DNA from: Gammaproteobacteria bacterium
Lineage (GTDB): Bacteria > Pseudomonadota > Gammaproteobacteria > Eutrophobiales > Eutrophobiaceae
Direction of reading: 5' to 3'
Length of the DNA stretch: 64,000 nucleotides
Assembly: GCA_965222155.1 (NCBI GenBank)
Contig: CBDCTH010000012.1
Coordinates: 3,040,001 to 3,104,000, forward strand
Part shown: positions 55,156-64,000 of the stretch, piece by piece
Layout of the letters: every line of letters starts with the position of its first letter
Numbering within the stretch: position 1 is the first letter of the stretch
Notes under the pieces: generated by a model
Databases searched by the model: none
Seen by the model: the letters and a program-made list of their open reading frames with translations, nothing else
Told to the model about the DNA's origin: nothing
Translations under genes and position numbers: made by a program

Positions 55156-56313
55156 CTACAGCTTTAATTCGCCGAAATAAACCTCGATATTGTCCTTGGT
55201 GAACACCAGGCGCACCCGGGTCTTTGCCTGGTTTACGCGCTGCCCATCGACCACCTTCGGTTTGAAGCGCCAATTAGGGGCGACGTCCAGGGTGACCTGG
55301 TCAAACACTCGCCCCGGTTTTGATTCGATGATCCTGGTATCTAACACGCGCCCTTCCATTGTGACCGTAAATTCCACCAGGGCCCAGCCGGCCGGCCTGG
55401 TTCCGTCCTGAAAAACCGGATATTTAGGCTGCATCACGTATAAGGGTACGGCCGGTCCGTCCTTGTCGGGGGTATAGCGGATGACCTTGTCGGCATGGCC
55501 GGCAAATTTATCATCGCGCAGGGCGACGTATAATTTCGCCAGGCGGGAATGGTTTGCCAGCACTATGGGATCATCTTCGAGCAGGTTGTCCTCGTAGATG
55601 CGCAGCGCTTCCATATATCTCTGTTCCGCTTTGTCAAATTCCTGGCGGGTCAGGTCGACATCTCCAAGCAGGGAAATAACGTCCGCCGAACGCACGTTGT
55701 CCTTACCGAAATTCTCGTCATAAATAGCCAGGGCCTCGCGATAGGCCGCCTCGCCTTCATCCACGTTTTGCTCGGCGATATGAATTGCCGCCTCCTGAAC
55801 CAGGACATTGGCGATGCCCGCCGATCTGTCACCGGATTGTTTGCTGATGATGGAGATGATCGTATCCAGTTCCCCCCGCGCCTTTTCCAGTTCCTGCTTG
55901 CTGACATAGATTTTGGCCTGGTCTTCATGCACGGTAATCAGGTCCACATGGTCGGGCCCGTGCTGCTTGATTATCTCGGCTTTTGCCTGCAACAGGATGG
56001 GTTCGGCCTCCTCCATTTCCCCGATCGCGATAAGGATGTGGGCCAGGTTAACCTGCAGGACGGGAATTTTTTCATGGTCGGCGCCCAATTCCTTGAGCGC
56101 CAGGTCCAGCACCTTGCGCGCAAGCTCGGCGGCGCGGGCATAATTCCGTTGCGCATACGCGGCGTTATAGGCACGGTAGGTCTTGGTAAATTCTTTGGAG
56201 ACCTGGATCTCTTCCTGTGCCGCCGAGGGTTGGCAACAGAGCAACAGGAAGGCGCAGATCGCTGTTAACCCGCATATCTCACCAATCCGCTTATTGCCAG
56301 AGAAAACGTTCAT
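55156..56313 (-). CDS. TPR-repeat protein with a C-terminal TonB domain (native start separated by an insertion)
   Basis: Signal-like segment, TPRs, PKYP..GW..VEFTV..WRFKP. ATG 56313 lies inside the mobile element; the ancestral ATG is at 56620. Confidence 0.8.
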   Translation of the reverse strand: MNVFSGNKRIGEICGLTAICAFLLLCCQPSAAQEEIQVSKEFTKTYRAYNAAYAQRNYARAAELARKVLDLALKELGADHEKIPVLQVNLAHILIAIGEMEEAEPILLQAKAEIIKQHGPDHVDLITVHEDQAKIYVSKQELEKARGELDTIISIISKQSGDRSAGIANVLVQEAAIHIAEQNVDEGEAAYREALAIYDENFGKDNVRSADVISLLGDVDLTRQEFDKAEQRYMEALRIYEDNLLEDDPIVLANHSRLAKLYVALRDDKFAGHADKVIRYTPDKDGPAVPLYVMQPKYPVFQDGTRPAGWALVEFTVTMEGRVLDTRIIESKPGRVFDQVTLDVAPNWRFKPKVVDGQRVNQAKTRVRLVFTKDNIEVYFGELKL

Positions 56314-56608
56314 CGTTGTCAATAGGGTATCTCGGTTTATGTCACTTTGCCATTATCACAGACTGCGCTTGATGCGTTCATTGCGCACATCCATGTACGC
56401 AACCCTGCGGGCGGCTGTTGCCGTGCAAATCGGCTATCCTGCCGATTTGTCTCGCTTGTCTTTTTCCCGCCAGCGGGCACGTGCTCCCTCAACCAGAGAG
56501 ACGACTATGCTTTCGGTCCCCGTATCAAGTACGGGGCAGGCTCCGGCACCCGCCGGCGGGAAAAATCCTGCGCAATCATCGCATCAATTGGCGAGATATA
56601 CGGGTTAA
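56265..56608. mobile_element. Miniature element copy B with nested palindromes
   Basis: TTAA-CCCGCATATCTCACCAAT...ATTGGCGAGATATACGGG-TTAA; excision restores MRSILTAICAFLLL. Confidence 0.85.
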
Positions 56609-56704
56609 GATGGAACGCATTTTCTGTCCTGATTAATCAATAGTAATAACCTGTTTCGCATATCCGTGATTATACGGGGTTTTCTACCCACACTGCTCAA
56701 AAAA

Positions 56705-57445
56705 CTATCTGCACACCGGGCATTCGGGATCTTTCGGCAGAATGGCGCTATGCCATTCCATCGCCATCACGTCTATCAGCAACAGCCGCCCCTGCAAGGT
56801 GTCGCCGAGGTCCATGATCAGTTTCATGGCTTCCGTCGCCTGAATGCTCCCGACGATACCCAGTAACGGCGCCAGTACGCCGTTGGCGGTGCAGGTCGCT
56901 TCAACTTCCGAGTCTTCCTTATACAGACAACGATAACAGGGAGAGGTTTCATGGTTCGGATTAAATACGCTGATTTGCGCCTCGAAGCGAATGGCTGCGG
57001 CAGAAACCAGGGGTGTACCCGTAGCGACGGATGCCCGGTTGACGGCGAAGCGGGTGGCGAAGTTATCACTCGCATCAACGATGATGTCCGCTTGCTCCGC
57101 ATAGTTCTTCAATTCATCTTGCGTCAGCATGCGGTCGATCAAGGTCAGTTTGACGTCGGGATTCAGCGCCCTCAGGTGGTCTGCCCCGGACTCTACTTTC
57201 AGCCGTCCGATATCGGCGGTTTTATAGAGTATCTGGCGCTGCAGGTTGGACAGGTCTACCCTGTCGAAATCGACCAGGATGATATGTCCCACCCCGCCGG
57301 CAGCCAGGTAAATGGAAGCGGAGGAGCCCAGACCCCCGGCGCCTATCATCAGTACGGTTGCCTGCGCCAGGCGCAACTGCCCTTCCGCATCGATTTCGGG
57401 CAGCATGATCTGCCGGCTGTACCTTAACAGTTGTTCGTCGTTCAT
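56705..57445 (-). CDS. moeB: MoeB/ThiF adenylyltransferase
   Basis: RYSRQ, GAGGLG, SNLQRQ, PCYRC, CPVC. Confidence 0.9.
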   Translation of the reverse strand: MNDEQLLRYSRQIMLPEIDAEGQLRLAQATVLMIGAGGLGSSASIYLAAGGVGHIILVDFDRVDLSNLQRQILYKTADIGRLKVESGADHLRALNPDVKLTLIDRMLTQDELKNYAEQADIIVDASDNFATRFAVNRASVATGTPLVSAAAIRFEAQISVFNPNHETSPCYRCLYKEDSEVEATCTANGVLAPLLGIVGSIQATEAMKLIMDLGDTLQGRLLLIDVMAMEWHSAILPKDPECPVCR

Positions 57446-57458
57446 AAGGGCAACCCGT

Positions 57459-58295
57459 TCATGGTCGTATGGCGAGGGTGAACCGCTCACGGCCAGCAAG
57501 GTCTTGCCGGGTGGCGATGTCCCGGTAATGGTTGAGCCTGAATTGCTGCCTGACAAAATTGCCCTGGTCGTGGGCATGCTCAATGATCATGAACCCGCCT
57601 GGATTGATATGCCTGAACCCGTTGATAACGATGATACGGATACTGGCAGTGCCGTTATGTCCGCCATCCAGGGCGAGGCGCGGTTCGTGGCGGATTTCAT
57701 CGGCAGGCAATGTGGAACTGGGAAAATCCACGTAGGGGGGATTACATAAAATTGCATCAAAGCATCTGTTATCCAGGTTCCCGAACCAGTCCGACTGCCG
57801 GAATGATATATTGGCGACCTTGTTTGACGCGGCATTTACCCGGGCGACGGCCAGCGCGTCCGTGCTCAGGTCAACGGCCGTGACGGCGCAATGTGGGCGG
57901 GCGGCAGCCACGGCGACGGCAATCGCACCGCTGCCGGTCCCCAGGTCGAGGATACTGGCCCGGCTGTTACCGGGGATGAGCTCGAGCGCCGCTTCAACCA
58001 GTAATTCCGTCTCCGGCCTGGGTATCAGGGTATGACGGTTCACCCGGAATGCCATTGAGCGGAATTCCTTTACTCCGGTCAGGTAGGCGACGGGATAACC
58101 GGCGCGCCTGCTGTTCAGCAAGCGCTTGAAATCCGCGACTGAGGATTGCTGCGCCGTCAGTTCCGGATGGGCATACAAGCGGCTCCGGTCTGTCCCGAGA
58201 ACGGTTGCCAGCAGCACCTCCGCGTCAAGCCGCGGGCTGTCCGAGGAGCGCAGTTGGTGCGCTGCGAAGCGTAATAATTGTCGCACCGTCAGCAT
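57459..58295 (-). CDS. prmC: Release factor glutamine methyltransferase
   Basis: LIPRPETE, LDLGTGSG, NPPY. Confidence 0.96.
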   Translation of the reverse strand: MLTVRQLLRFAAHQLRSSDSPRLDAEVLLATVLGTDRSRLYAHPELTAQQSSVADFKRLLNSRRAGYPVAYLTGVKEFRSMAFRVNRHTLIPRPETELLVEAALELIPGNSRASILDLGTGSGAIAVAVAAARPHCAVTAVDLSTDALAVARVNAASNKVANISFRQSDWFGNLDNRCFDAILCNPPYVDFPSSTLPADEIRHEPRLALDGGHNGTASIRIIVINGFRHINPGGFMIIEHAHDQGNFVRQQFRLNHYRDIATRQDLAGRERFTLAIRP

Positions 58296-58301
58296 CTGCC
58301 G

Positions 58302-59384
58302 TTACTCGCCAAGAGCTGCTAGCAGGTCGGCCTGGTGTTCGTTGATCAACGGGTCGACAATCATATCCAGTCCACCCTGCATGATCTCCTCCAACCGGTA
58401 CAGGGTCAGGCCGATTCTGTGATCAGTCACTCTTCCCTGCGGAAAGTTGTAGGTCCTGATGCGCTCCGAGCGGTCTCCCGAACCAATCAGGTTACGCCTG
58501 TTTTCGGCTATTTCCGATGCTTGTTTCGCTTTTTCGGCAGAGAGCAGTTTCGCCCGCAGCAAGGCCATGGCCCGGGCGCGGTTTTTGTGCTGGGAGCGTT
58601 CGTCCTGGCATTCCACCACAATGCCACTGGGCAGGTGGGTGATGCGTATGGCGGAGTCCGTCTTGTTGACATGCTGGCCGCCGGCCCCGGACGCGCGGAA
58701 GGTGTCTGTCCTGAGATCGCCCGGGTTGATTTCGATTTCGTTTATTTCATCAGCTTCGGGCAGGACGGCAACAGTACAGGCTGAGGTATGGATACGGCCC
58801 TGGGACTCCGTTTCCGGTACCCGTTGGACCCGGTGTGCGCCGGACTCGAACTTCAGTCTCGAATAGGCGCCGTTGCCAAGGATGCGCATGATAATTGCCT
58901 TGTAGCCCTCCAGGTCGCTTTCCGTGGTACTCAACAACTCGACTTCCCAGTTTGATTTCTCGGCATAGCGGGAATACATCCGCATTAAATCGGCCGAGAA
59001 CAGAGCTGCTTCCTCCCCGCCCGTCCCTGCCCGGATTTCCAGGAAGATATTACTTTTATCCGCCGGGTCCGTGGGCAGCAACAGTTTTTGCAATTCCTGA
59101 TCCAGTGCCTCCAGCCGTTGCCGGGAGATATCGATTTCCTCGGTGGCCAGTTCCCGGATGTCCTTATCGCTGTCCTTCAGCATAGCCCTGGCATTATCCT
59201 GTGCCAGCAGGGTTGACCGGTAGTTTTTGAAACAGTCGACGATCGGGCTGATTTCTGCCGCTTCCTTGTTCAGGTCACGGTAACGATTTTGATCATTGAT
59301 GACATCCGGAACGGACAGCAGCGCATAGATCTCCTCCTGGCGTTCACACAGCTTTTCCAGCTTTTGTCGCAGACTGTCCTTCAT
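58302..59384 (-). CDS. prfA: Peptide chain release factor 1
   Basis: RVQRVPETE (PxT), [18 protein letters not shown]. Confidence 0.98.
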   Translation of the reverse strand: MKDSLRQKLEKLCERQEEIYALLSVPDVINDQNRYRDLNKEAAEISPIVDCFKNYRSTLLAQDNARAMLKDSDKDIRELATEEIDISRQRLEALDQELQKLLLPTDPADKSNIFLEIRAGTGGEEAALFSADLMRMYSRYAEKSNWEVELLSTTESDLEGYKAIIMRILGNGAYSRLKFESGAHRVQRVPETESQGRIHTSACTVAVLPEADEINEIEINPGDLRTDTFRASGAGGQHVNKTDSAIRITHLPSGIVVECQDERSQHKNRARAMALLRAKLLSAEKAKQASEIAENRRNLIGSGDRSERIRTYNFPQGRVTDHRIGLTLYRLEEIMQGGLDMIVDPLINEHQADLLAALGE

Positions 59385-59418
59385 AAATCAAATCATTTCC
59401 AGGATGTGGAAATGCCTG

Positions 59419-60699
59419 TTACTCCTCGTCCCCGTTCTGCAAATCATCCGGCGGCAGGTTGTACAAATCCCGTACCACCCGCAGCATGGCCTGTTTTTGT
59501 GCTGCATCGAGCTTATGCAATTTGGCGCTTGGGGAGTGGATCAATTTGTTGGTTAGCGTCCGGGTGGCCTCGTGAAGCAGGTCTTCGGGGGGCGCCCCCA
59601 GCCGTAATTTTTGCAGTGCCGACTCCAATACGTCTGCGCGAACTTCCTGTGCCTGGTTGCGCAGTGCCCGGATTGTCGCAACGGCATCCTGCGAATTAAT
59701 CCAGGCCATGAACTGGGCAACCTCAGTGTCGATGATCTGTTCCGCCTGTCTTACCGCTTCCCGCCGGGTTTTTATATTGTCGTCGATAATACTTCTCAGG
59801 TCGTCCACGGTATACAGGTAAACGTCTTCCAGTTCACCCACGTCGGGTTCCACGTCCCGCGGTACCGCAATGTCCAGGATAAACACGGGTTTGTGTTTAC
59901 GTTGCAAAACAGCTGTCTCAATCATACTCCTGCTCAGCAGCGGCCGTCGGCTTGCAGTGGAGGAGATGACGATGTCTGCTTCGTCCAGGTGCCGGGGTAG
60001 TTCATCCAGCGTGATGGTGTATGCGGAATATTGCTGGGCCAGCTTCTGTGCTCTTTCCGGGGTACGGTTGGCAACAATCATTTTATGCAGGCCGTTGTCA
60101 CGCAAGTGTTTTGCGGCGAGTTCTATGGTTTCGCCGGCGCCGATGAGCAATGCAGTCTGCCTGGACAGGTCACCAAATATCTGTCTGGCCAGACGCACTG
60201 CCGCGTAGGCGATTGACACCGGATGGTTCCCTATCGTGGTGTTGCTGCGTACGTCCTTGGCGACTTTGAACGAATGCTGGAACAGCCGGTTCAGCATTTT
60301 ACCGATACTGCCTGCCTCTATGGCCGTCTGGTAAGCCCGTTTCAGTTGCCCCAGCACCTGAGGTTCTCCGACCACCATGGAGTCCAGCCCGCTGGCCACG
60401 CGCAACACGTGCTTGACCGCGCCGGCGCCGGGGTGAGTATAGATGTAGCCGTGCAGTTCACTTTTGTTGCAACCGTGAAATCCGGAAAACCAGTCAATTG
60501 GTCGTTCCAGGTCTGCGGCGTTGAGGTTGCAGTAGATTTCGGTGCGGTTACAGGTGGACAGGATAGCCGCCTCATCGATGTCTGTGTCCCCGGTCAACTC
60601 GGTCAGGGCGTCAGACAACACGCCCTCGTCGAAGGTCACTTTTTCGCGTACCTCCAAGGGAGCAGTGGTATGGTTAAGACCAAAAGCCAGAAGCGCCAT
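59419..60699 (-). CDS. hemA: Glutamyl-tRNA reductase
   Basis: STCNRTE, SGLDS..GEPQ, GAGE, DIAVPRD. Confidence 0.97.
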   Translation of the reverse strand: MALLAFGLNHTTAPLEVREKVTFDEGVLSDALTELTGDTDIDEAAILSTCNRTEIYCNLNAADLERPIDWFSGFHGCNKSELHGYIYTHPGAGAVKHVLRVASGLDSMVVGEPQVLGQLKRAYQTAIEAGSIGKMLNRLFQHSFKVAKDVRSNTTIGNHPVSIAYAAVRLARQIFGDLSRQTALLIGAGETIELAAKHLRDNGLHKMIVANRTPERAQKLAQQYSAYTITLDELPRHLDEADIVISSTASRRPLLSRSMIETAVLQRKHKPVFILDIAVPRDVEPDVGELEDVYLYTVDDLRSIIDDNIKTRREAVRQAEQIIDTEVAQFMAWINSQDAVATIRALRNQAQEVRADVLESALQKLRLGAPPEDLLHEATRTLTNKLIHSPSAKLHKLDAAQKQAMLRVVRDLYNLPPDDLQNGDEE

Positions 60700-60703
60700 A
60701 TTA

Positions 60704-60951
60704 TTAACTCGGATATTACGCCAGTTCGCTTGTCATTAATGGAAAATTTAATGCTGTCAATAGGTTATTTACAGTGTATCACTTCTATCTTCGTTGCAAA
60801 CTACGCTGGATGTGCCCTCGCTTGTCTTTTTTGCGCTGGCGGGCACGTGCTCCCTCAACCAGAATTACCACTATGCTTTCGGTCGCAGGCACCCGCCAGC
60901 GCAAAAAATCCTGCGCAATCATCGCATCCACTGGCGCAATTTCCGAGTTTA
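60704..60951. mobile_element. Miniature element copy C, 4 nt upstream of the hemA ATG
   Basis: CTCGGATATTACGCCAGT...ACTGGCGCAATTTCCGAG; about 120 bp closely similar to copy B. Confidence 0.75.
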
Positions 60952-60998
60952 TAGTTTACCACGTTGTCGTATTTTCATTTCAGGATATAATCACGAAA

Positions 60999-62777
60999 AT
61001 GCGTAAAGAATCGGATATCAGGCCACTCGGCCACCTCGCAAGACTCGTGCTGCCGGTCGTTGTCACGCTTGTAATGGTGGCCTGTGCCCAAACTAACCTG
61101 AGTTCGATAGCGCCTGTTGAGCCCGAGACTATCCAGGAAGATACCGGCAGGAATGCAAAGATCATCCGTGTTGAGCCGGTCCGCCCTAAGATCGCGTTAA
61201 CCGAAGAGCTCCTCTATAAGTTGCTGATCGCCGAGATTGCAGGGCATAGGGGGTTGCTGGACATATCGATTCAGAATTACCTGGATCTGGCCCGTTCCAC
61301 CAGAGACCACCGTATCGTTGAGCGGACCGCGCGCATCGCAGTTTACGCCCGTAACGATGCCGCCGCCCTGGCTGCAGCCCGGTTATGGGTGGAACTTGAC
61401 CCGCGCAATCCCGATCCGCACCAGGTGCTGGCGGTCATGAAATTGCGCGCCGGTGACCTGGAACAGGCGGCGTTGCATTTGCAGGACATTTTTACTTATT
61501 CGGATGGAGAAGCGGATGAAAGGTTATGGATGATTGCCAACCTGCTGGGAAGTGAAAATGACAAGGAAGCGGTATTGGACATTATGGAAAAACTGGTTAT
61601 CTCCCAGAATAATTCTCCCGGCGCTCTGTATGCTTTTGCGCACGTCGCCGCCAAACTGGAAGACCTGGAGCGATCGCGGGAATTGCTTGAAGAGACACTC
61701 GCCCAGGCCCCGGACAATGATAACGCGGCGCTCAGCTATATTTCCATACTGCAGCGCCTGGGCCGGGAACAGGAGGCATTGGCCTGGTTGGAACAGGAGT
61801 TGGCGCAACGCGAGGAGAACGACTTCAACCTGCGTATGGCTTATGCAAGACTATTGATGGAATTCAGGCAGTTCGACAAGGCGCTGGACCAATTTGAACT
61901 GCTGGCCGGACGGGAACCCGGGAATCCTGACGTGCTGTATGCCCTGGGTCTGTTGTATCTGCAGAGCAATCGTCTGGATGATTCCGAGACGCTGTTCAAA
62001 AAATTATCGGAGCGGGAAGCCCTGACGGACGTCGCCAATTATTACCTCGGGCGAATCGCGGAGGAAAAGCGGCGCTATGATGAAGCCTCTGCCTGGTATC
62101 AGGGCGTGCATAAAGGCGAACATTATTTTGATGCCCAGGTCAGGCTTGCCATGTTGCTGGCGAGGAAGGGAGAAGTGGAAGAGGCGCGCAACCACCTCAA
62201 CTCCATACGGCAGCAGAGTGGACAACAAGCGCTGATCATTGTGCAGGCGGAAGGCGAATTGCTGATCCAGGCGCAACGTTATGAAGAAGCCATCGCGGTC
62301 TATACCAAAGCCCTGGGAGATCAATACGATGCCGACCTGTTGTACTCCCGGGCCATGGCGGCGGAAAAAATCGCCAGGCTGGATATGCTGGAAACGGACC
62401 TCAGGACAATACTCCGGCACGAACCGGACCACGCACAGGCAATGAATGCATTAGGATACACCCTTGCAGATGCCACCGACCGTCTCACCGAAGCCTATGA
62501 GTTGATCAAGAAAGCCTTGGAACTCCGCCCCTCGGATTTCTATATCCTGGACAGCATGGGCTGGGTCCTGTACCGGCTGGGACGGCTGGATGAGGCCGTT
62601 GAGTACCTGAGAAAGGCCTTGAACATAAGACAGGATCCGGAAATTGCCGCCCACCTGGGAGAGGTACTATGGGTCAGGGGTGAGCGGGAACAGGCAAAAG
62701 AGGTCTGGGAAGCGGCCTTGAAACAGACGCCCGAAGATACCCGCCTGCTGGACGTGATTGAACATTTCAAGCCTTGA
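60999..62777 (+). CDS. TPR-repeat lipoprotein (hemA-lolB locus)
   Basis: Lipobox MVAC, multiple TPRs, NALGYTLAD, DSMGWV.YR, EIAAHLGEVLW. Confidence 0.9.
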   Translation: MRKESDIRPLGHLARLVLPVVVTLVMVACAQTNLSSIAPVEPETIQEDTGRNAKIIRVEPVRPKIALTEELLYKLLIAEIAGHRGLLDISIQNYLDLARSTRDHRIVERTARIAVYARNDAAALAAARLWVELDPRNPDPHQVLAVMKLRAGDLEQAALHLQDIFTYSDGEADERLWMIANLLGSENDKEAVLDIMEKLVISQNNSPGALYAFAHVAAKLEDLERSRELLEETLAQAPDNDNAALSYISILQRLGREQEALAWLEQELAQREENDFNLRMAYARLLMEFRQFDKALDQFELLAGREPGNPDVLYALGLLYLQSNRLDDSETLFKKLSEREALTDVANYYLGRIAEEKRRYDEASAWYQGVHKGEHYFDAQVRLAMLLARKGEVEEARNHLNSIRQQSGQQALIIVQAEGELLIQAQRYEEAIAVYTKALGDQYDADLLYSRAMAAEKIARLDMLETDLRTILRHEPDHAQAMNALGYTLADATDRLTEAYELIKKALELRPSDFYILDSMGWVLYRLGRLDEAVEYLRKALNIRQDPEIAAHLGEVLWVRGEREQAKEVWEAALKQTPEDTRLLDVIEHFKP

Positions 62778-62790
62778 AGTTAAAACGACC

Positions 62791-63543
62791 GTGCCGGCCA
62801 GAATCCCCTGCCTGCCATTCCCGCGCAAGTTTACCCCTGTATGCTTTGAACAGGGACGGGAATCCATGATGTGTCAAAGTCGCGCCGGGGACAGATTTCA
62901 AATCTGTCCCCTACTCTGTTTTCGGATTCCCGCGTGCGCGGGAATGGCACTGTACCGCAGTCTCCCGGCATTTGTGTTGCTGGCTTTCACGCTGTCGGGT
63001 TGTGTCCAGGCGCCGGTTGAAAACAGGGTTAAACCCTCATGGGAAACCCGCAGGGATGAATTAATGCGGCTGGAAACCTGGGATCTCAAAGGCAGGATAG
63101 CCGTGCGCACATATAATGATTCCGGATCAGGTTCCCTGTATTGGGAACAGCGCAAGGATGACTATGACATCCGGGTGATAGCTTCATTCTCCGGCGGCGT
63201 CTATGAACTGTCCGGCGCCGCCGGCATTGTCTCATTACGCACCCCGGACAAGAGTATGTTGCAGGCTGAGGATGCGGAAACCCTGCTGCGGCAGGCAGCG
63301 GGTTGGTATTTCCCGGTATCAGACCTGGTCTACTGGATAAGAGGGCTCCCGGCGCCGGCCTTGCAGGTTGACCGGATGCTGCTGGACGCTGAAAACAGGC
63401 TGAGCGCCCTGAGCCAGGGCGGCTGGTCGATACGTTACAAAAACTACACCGGGATTGACGGAACCAGTATGCCGGCGCGGCTTGACCTGGAAAACGATCA
63501 GGTGCGCGTGCGCCTGTCCATCAGGGAATGGAGCCTGCCCTGA
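62791..63543 (+). CDS. lolB: Outer-membrane lipoprotein insertase LolB (signal peptide carries an in-frame repeat; alternative ATG 62944)
   Basis: Lipobox LSGC, W...GRIA, P...L.YWIRG.P, L.Q.GW.I.Y; lies between the TPR gene and ispE. Confidence 0.88.
   Translation: MPARIPCLPFPRKFTPVCFEQGRESMMCQSRAGDRFQICPLLCFRIPACAGMALYRSLPAFVLLAFTLSGCVQAPVENRVKPSWETRRDELMRLETWDLKGRIAVRTYNDSGSGSLYWEQRKDDYDIRVIASFSGGVYELSGAAGIVSLRTPDKSMLQAEDAETLLRQAAGWYFPVSDLVYWIRGLPAPALQVDRMLLDAENRLSALSQGGWSIRYKNYTGIDGTSMPARLDLENDQVRVRLSIREWSLP
62813..62949. repeat. RPE/REP-like palindromic element within the lolB 5' end
   Basis: 15-bp IR TGCCATTCCCGCGCA/TGCGCGGGAATGGCA with inner GGGGACAGATTT-C-AAATCTGTCCCC; a 20-nt reverse-complement piece occurs at 45468-45487. 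Confidence 0.8.
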
Positions 63544-63580
63544 TGGCGTCATCCGACCGCACACGGGTATACTCACCCGA

Positions 63581-64000
63581 ATGACATCACAACCCTGGCC
63601 GGCCCCGGCGAAAATAAACCATTTTTTACACGTCATCGGTCGCCGGGACGACGGTTACCACCTGTTACAGACCCTGTTCCAGTTTCTGGACCTGGCCGAT
63701 GAGTTGCGGATTACCGTGAGCGCGGATGGCCGGATCAGGTGCCTGCGCAATTACCACCAGGTGGACGAGCAGGATGACCTGGTGGTCAAAGCGGCGAAAT
63801 TGCTACAGGAGATCGGCGGCAGCGCCAGGGGTGCGCAAATCCACGTGGATAAAAGAATCCCCATCGGCGGGGGACTGGGAGGCGGCAGTTCCGATGCCGC
63901 GACGACGCTGGTGGCCCTGAATTGCCTGTGGGAAACCGGCCTGACCATGGAACAACTCGCCGAAGCAGGATCGAGCCTCGGGGCTGACGTGCCGGTATTT
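63581..64000 (+). CDS. ispE: 4-diphosphocytidyl-2-C-methyl-D-erythritol kinase (3' end off window)
   Basis: [46 protein letters not shown]. Confidence 0.95.
   Translation, partial: MTSQPWPAPAKINHFLHVIGRRDDGYHLLQTLFQFLDLADELRITVSADGRIRCLRNYHQVDEQDDLVVKAAKLLQEIGGSARGAQIHVDKRIPIGGGLGGGSSDAATTLVALNCLWETGLTMEQLAEAGSSLGADVPVF

Noticed and set aside
60774-60998. Long N-terminal extensions of the TPR protein and UvrD in the ORF track
   Set aside because: They are translations of the miniature elements; downstream ATGs (60999, 23841) match the family starts.

Overview
This 64-kb window is gammaproteobacterial chromosome. The backbone is housekeeping genes: yggS, pyrR-pyrB-pyrC'-pyrK, ruvX/algH/tonB/gshB, hemCDXY, prk, msbA, pmbA, uvrD, cytochrome c4 with System II ccs genes and dsbA, engB, rpmE, xth, prlC, bfr/bfd with a TonB receptor and Fe3+ ABC transporter, dgkA, moeB-prmC-prfA-hemA, TPR-lolB-ispE. 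Accessory islets are interspersed: a DUF6036-like nucleotidyltransferase with a partner gene, an orphan pqqA missed by the ORF track, two intact toxin-antitoxin pairs and one relic, a Co-type nitrile hydratase operon with an extra unknown gene, and an SfiI/BglI-like restriction-modification pair. A decaying type II-C CRISPR locus has intact cas1/cas2, a cas9 lacking its 5' end, and an array reduced to one repeat plus a degenerate remnant. Non-coding features read directly from the sequence: a three-copy TTAA-targeting miniature element family at gene starts (one copy replaces a start codon), a 100-bp MITE breaking a GFA gene, a palindromic repeat inserted in frame in the lolB signal peptide, a candidate sigma-E sRNA, and a DnaA-box triplet with DARS geometry. 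Repeated deletions and missing pil genes suggest genome erosion, possibly in a host-associated organism (inference). Family assignments come from motif recognition; no database searches were run.
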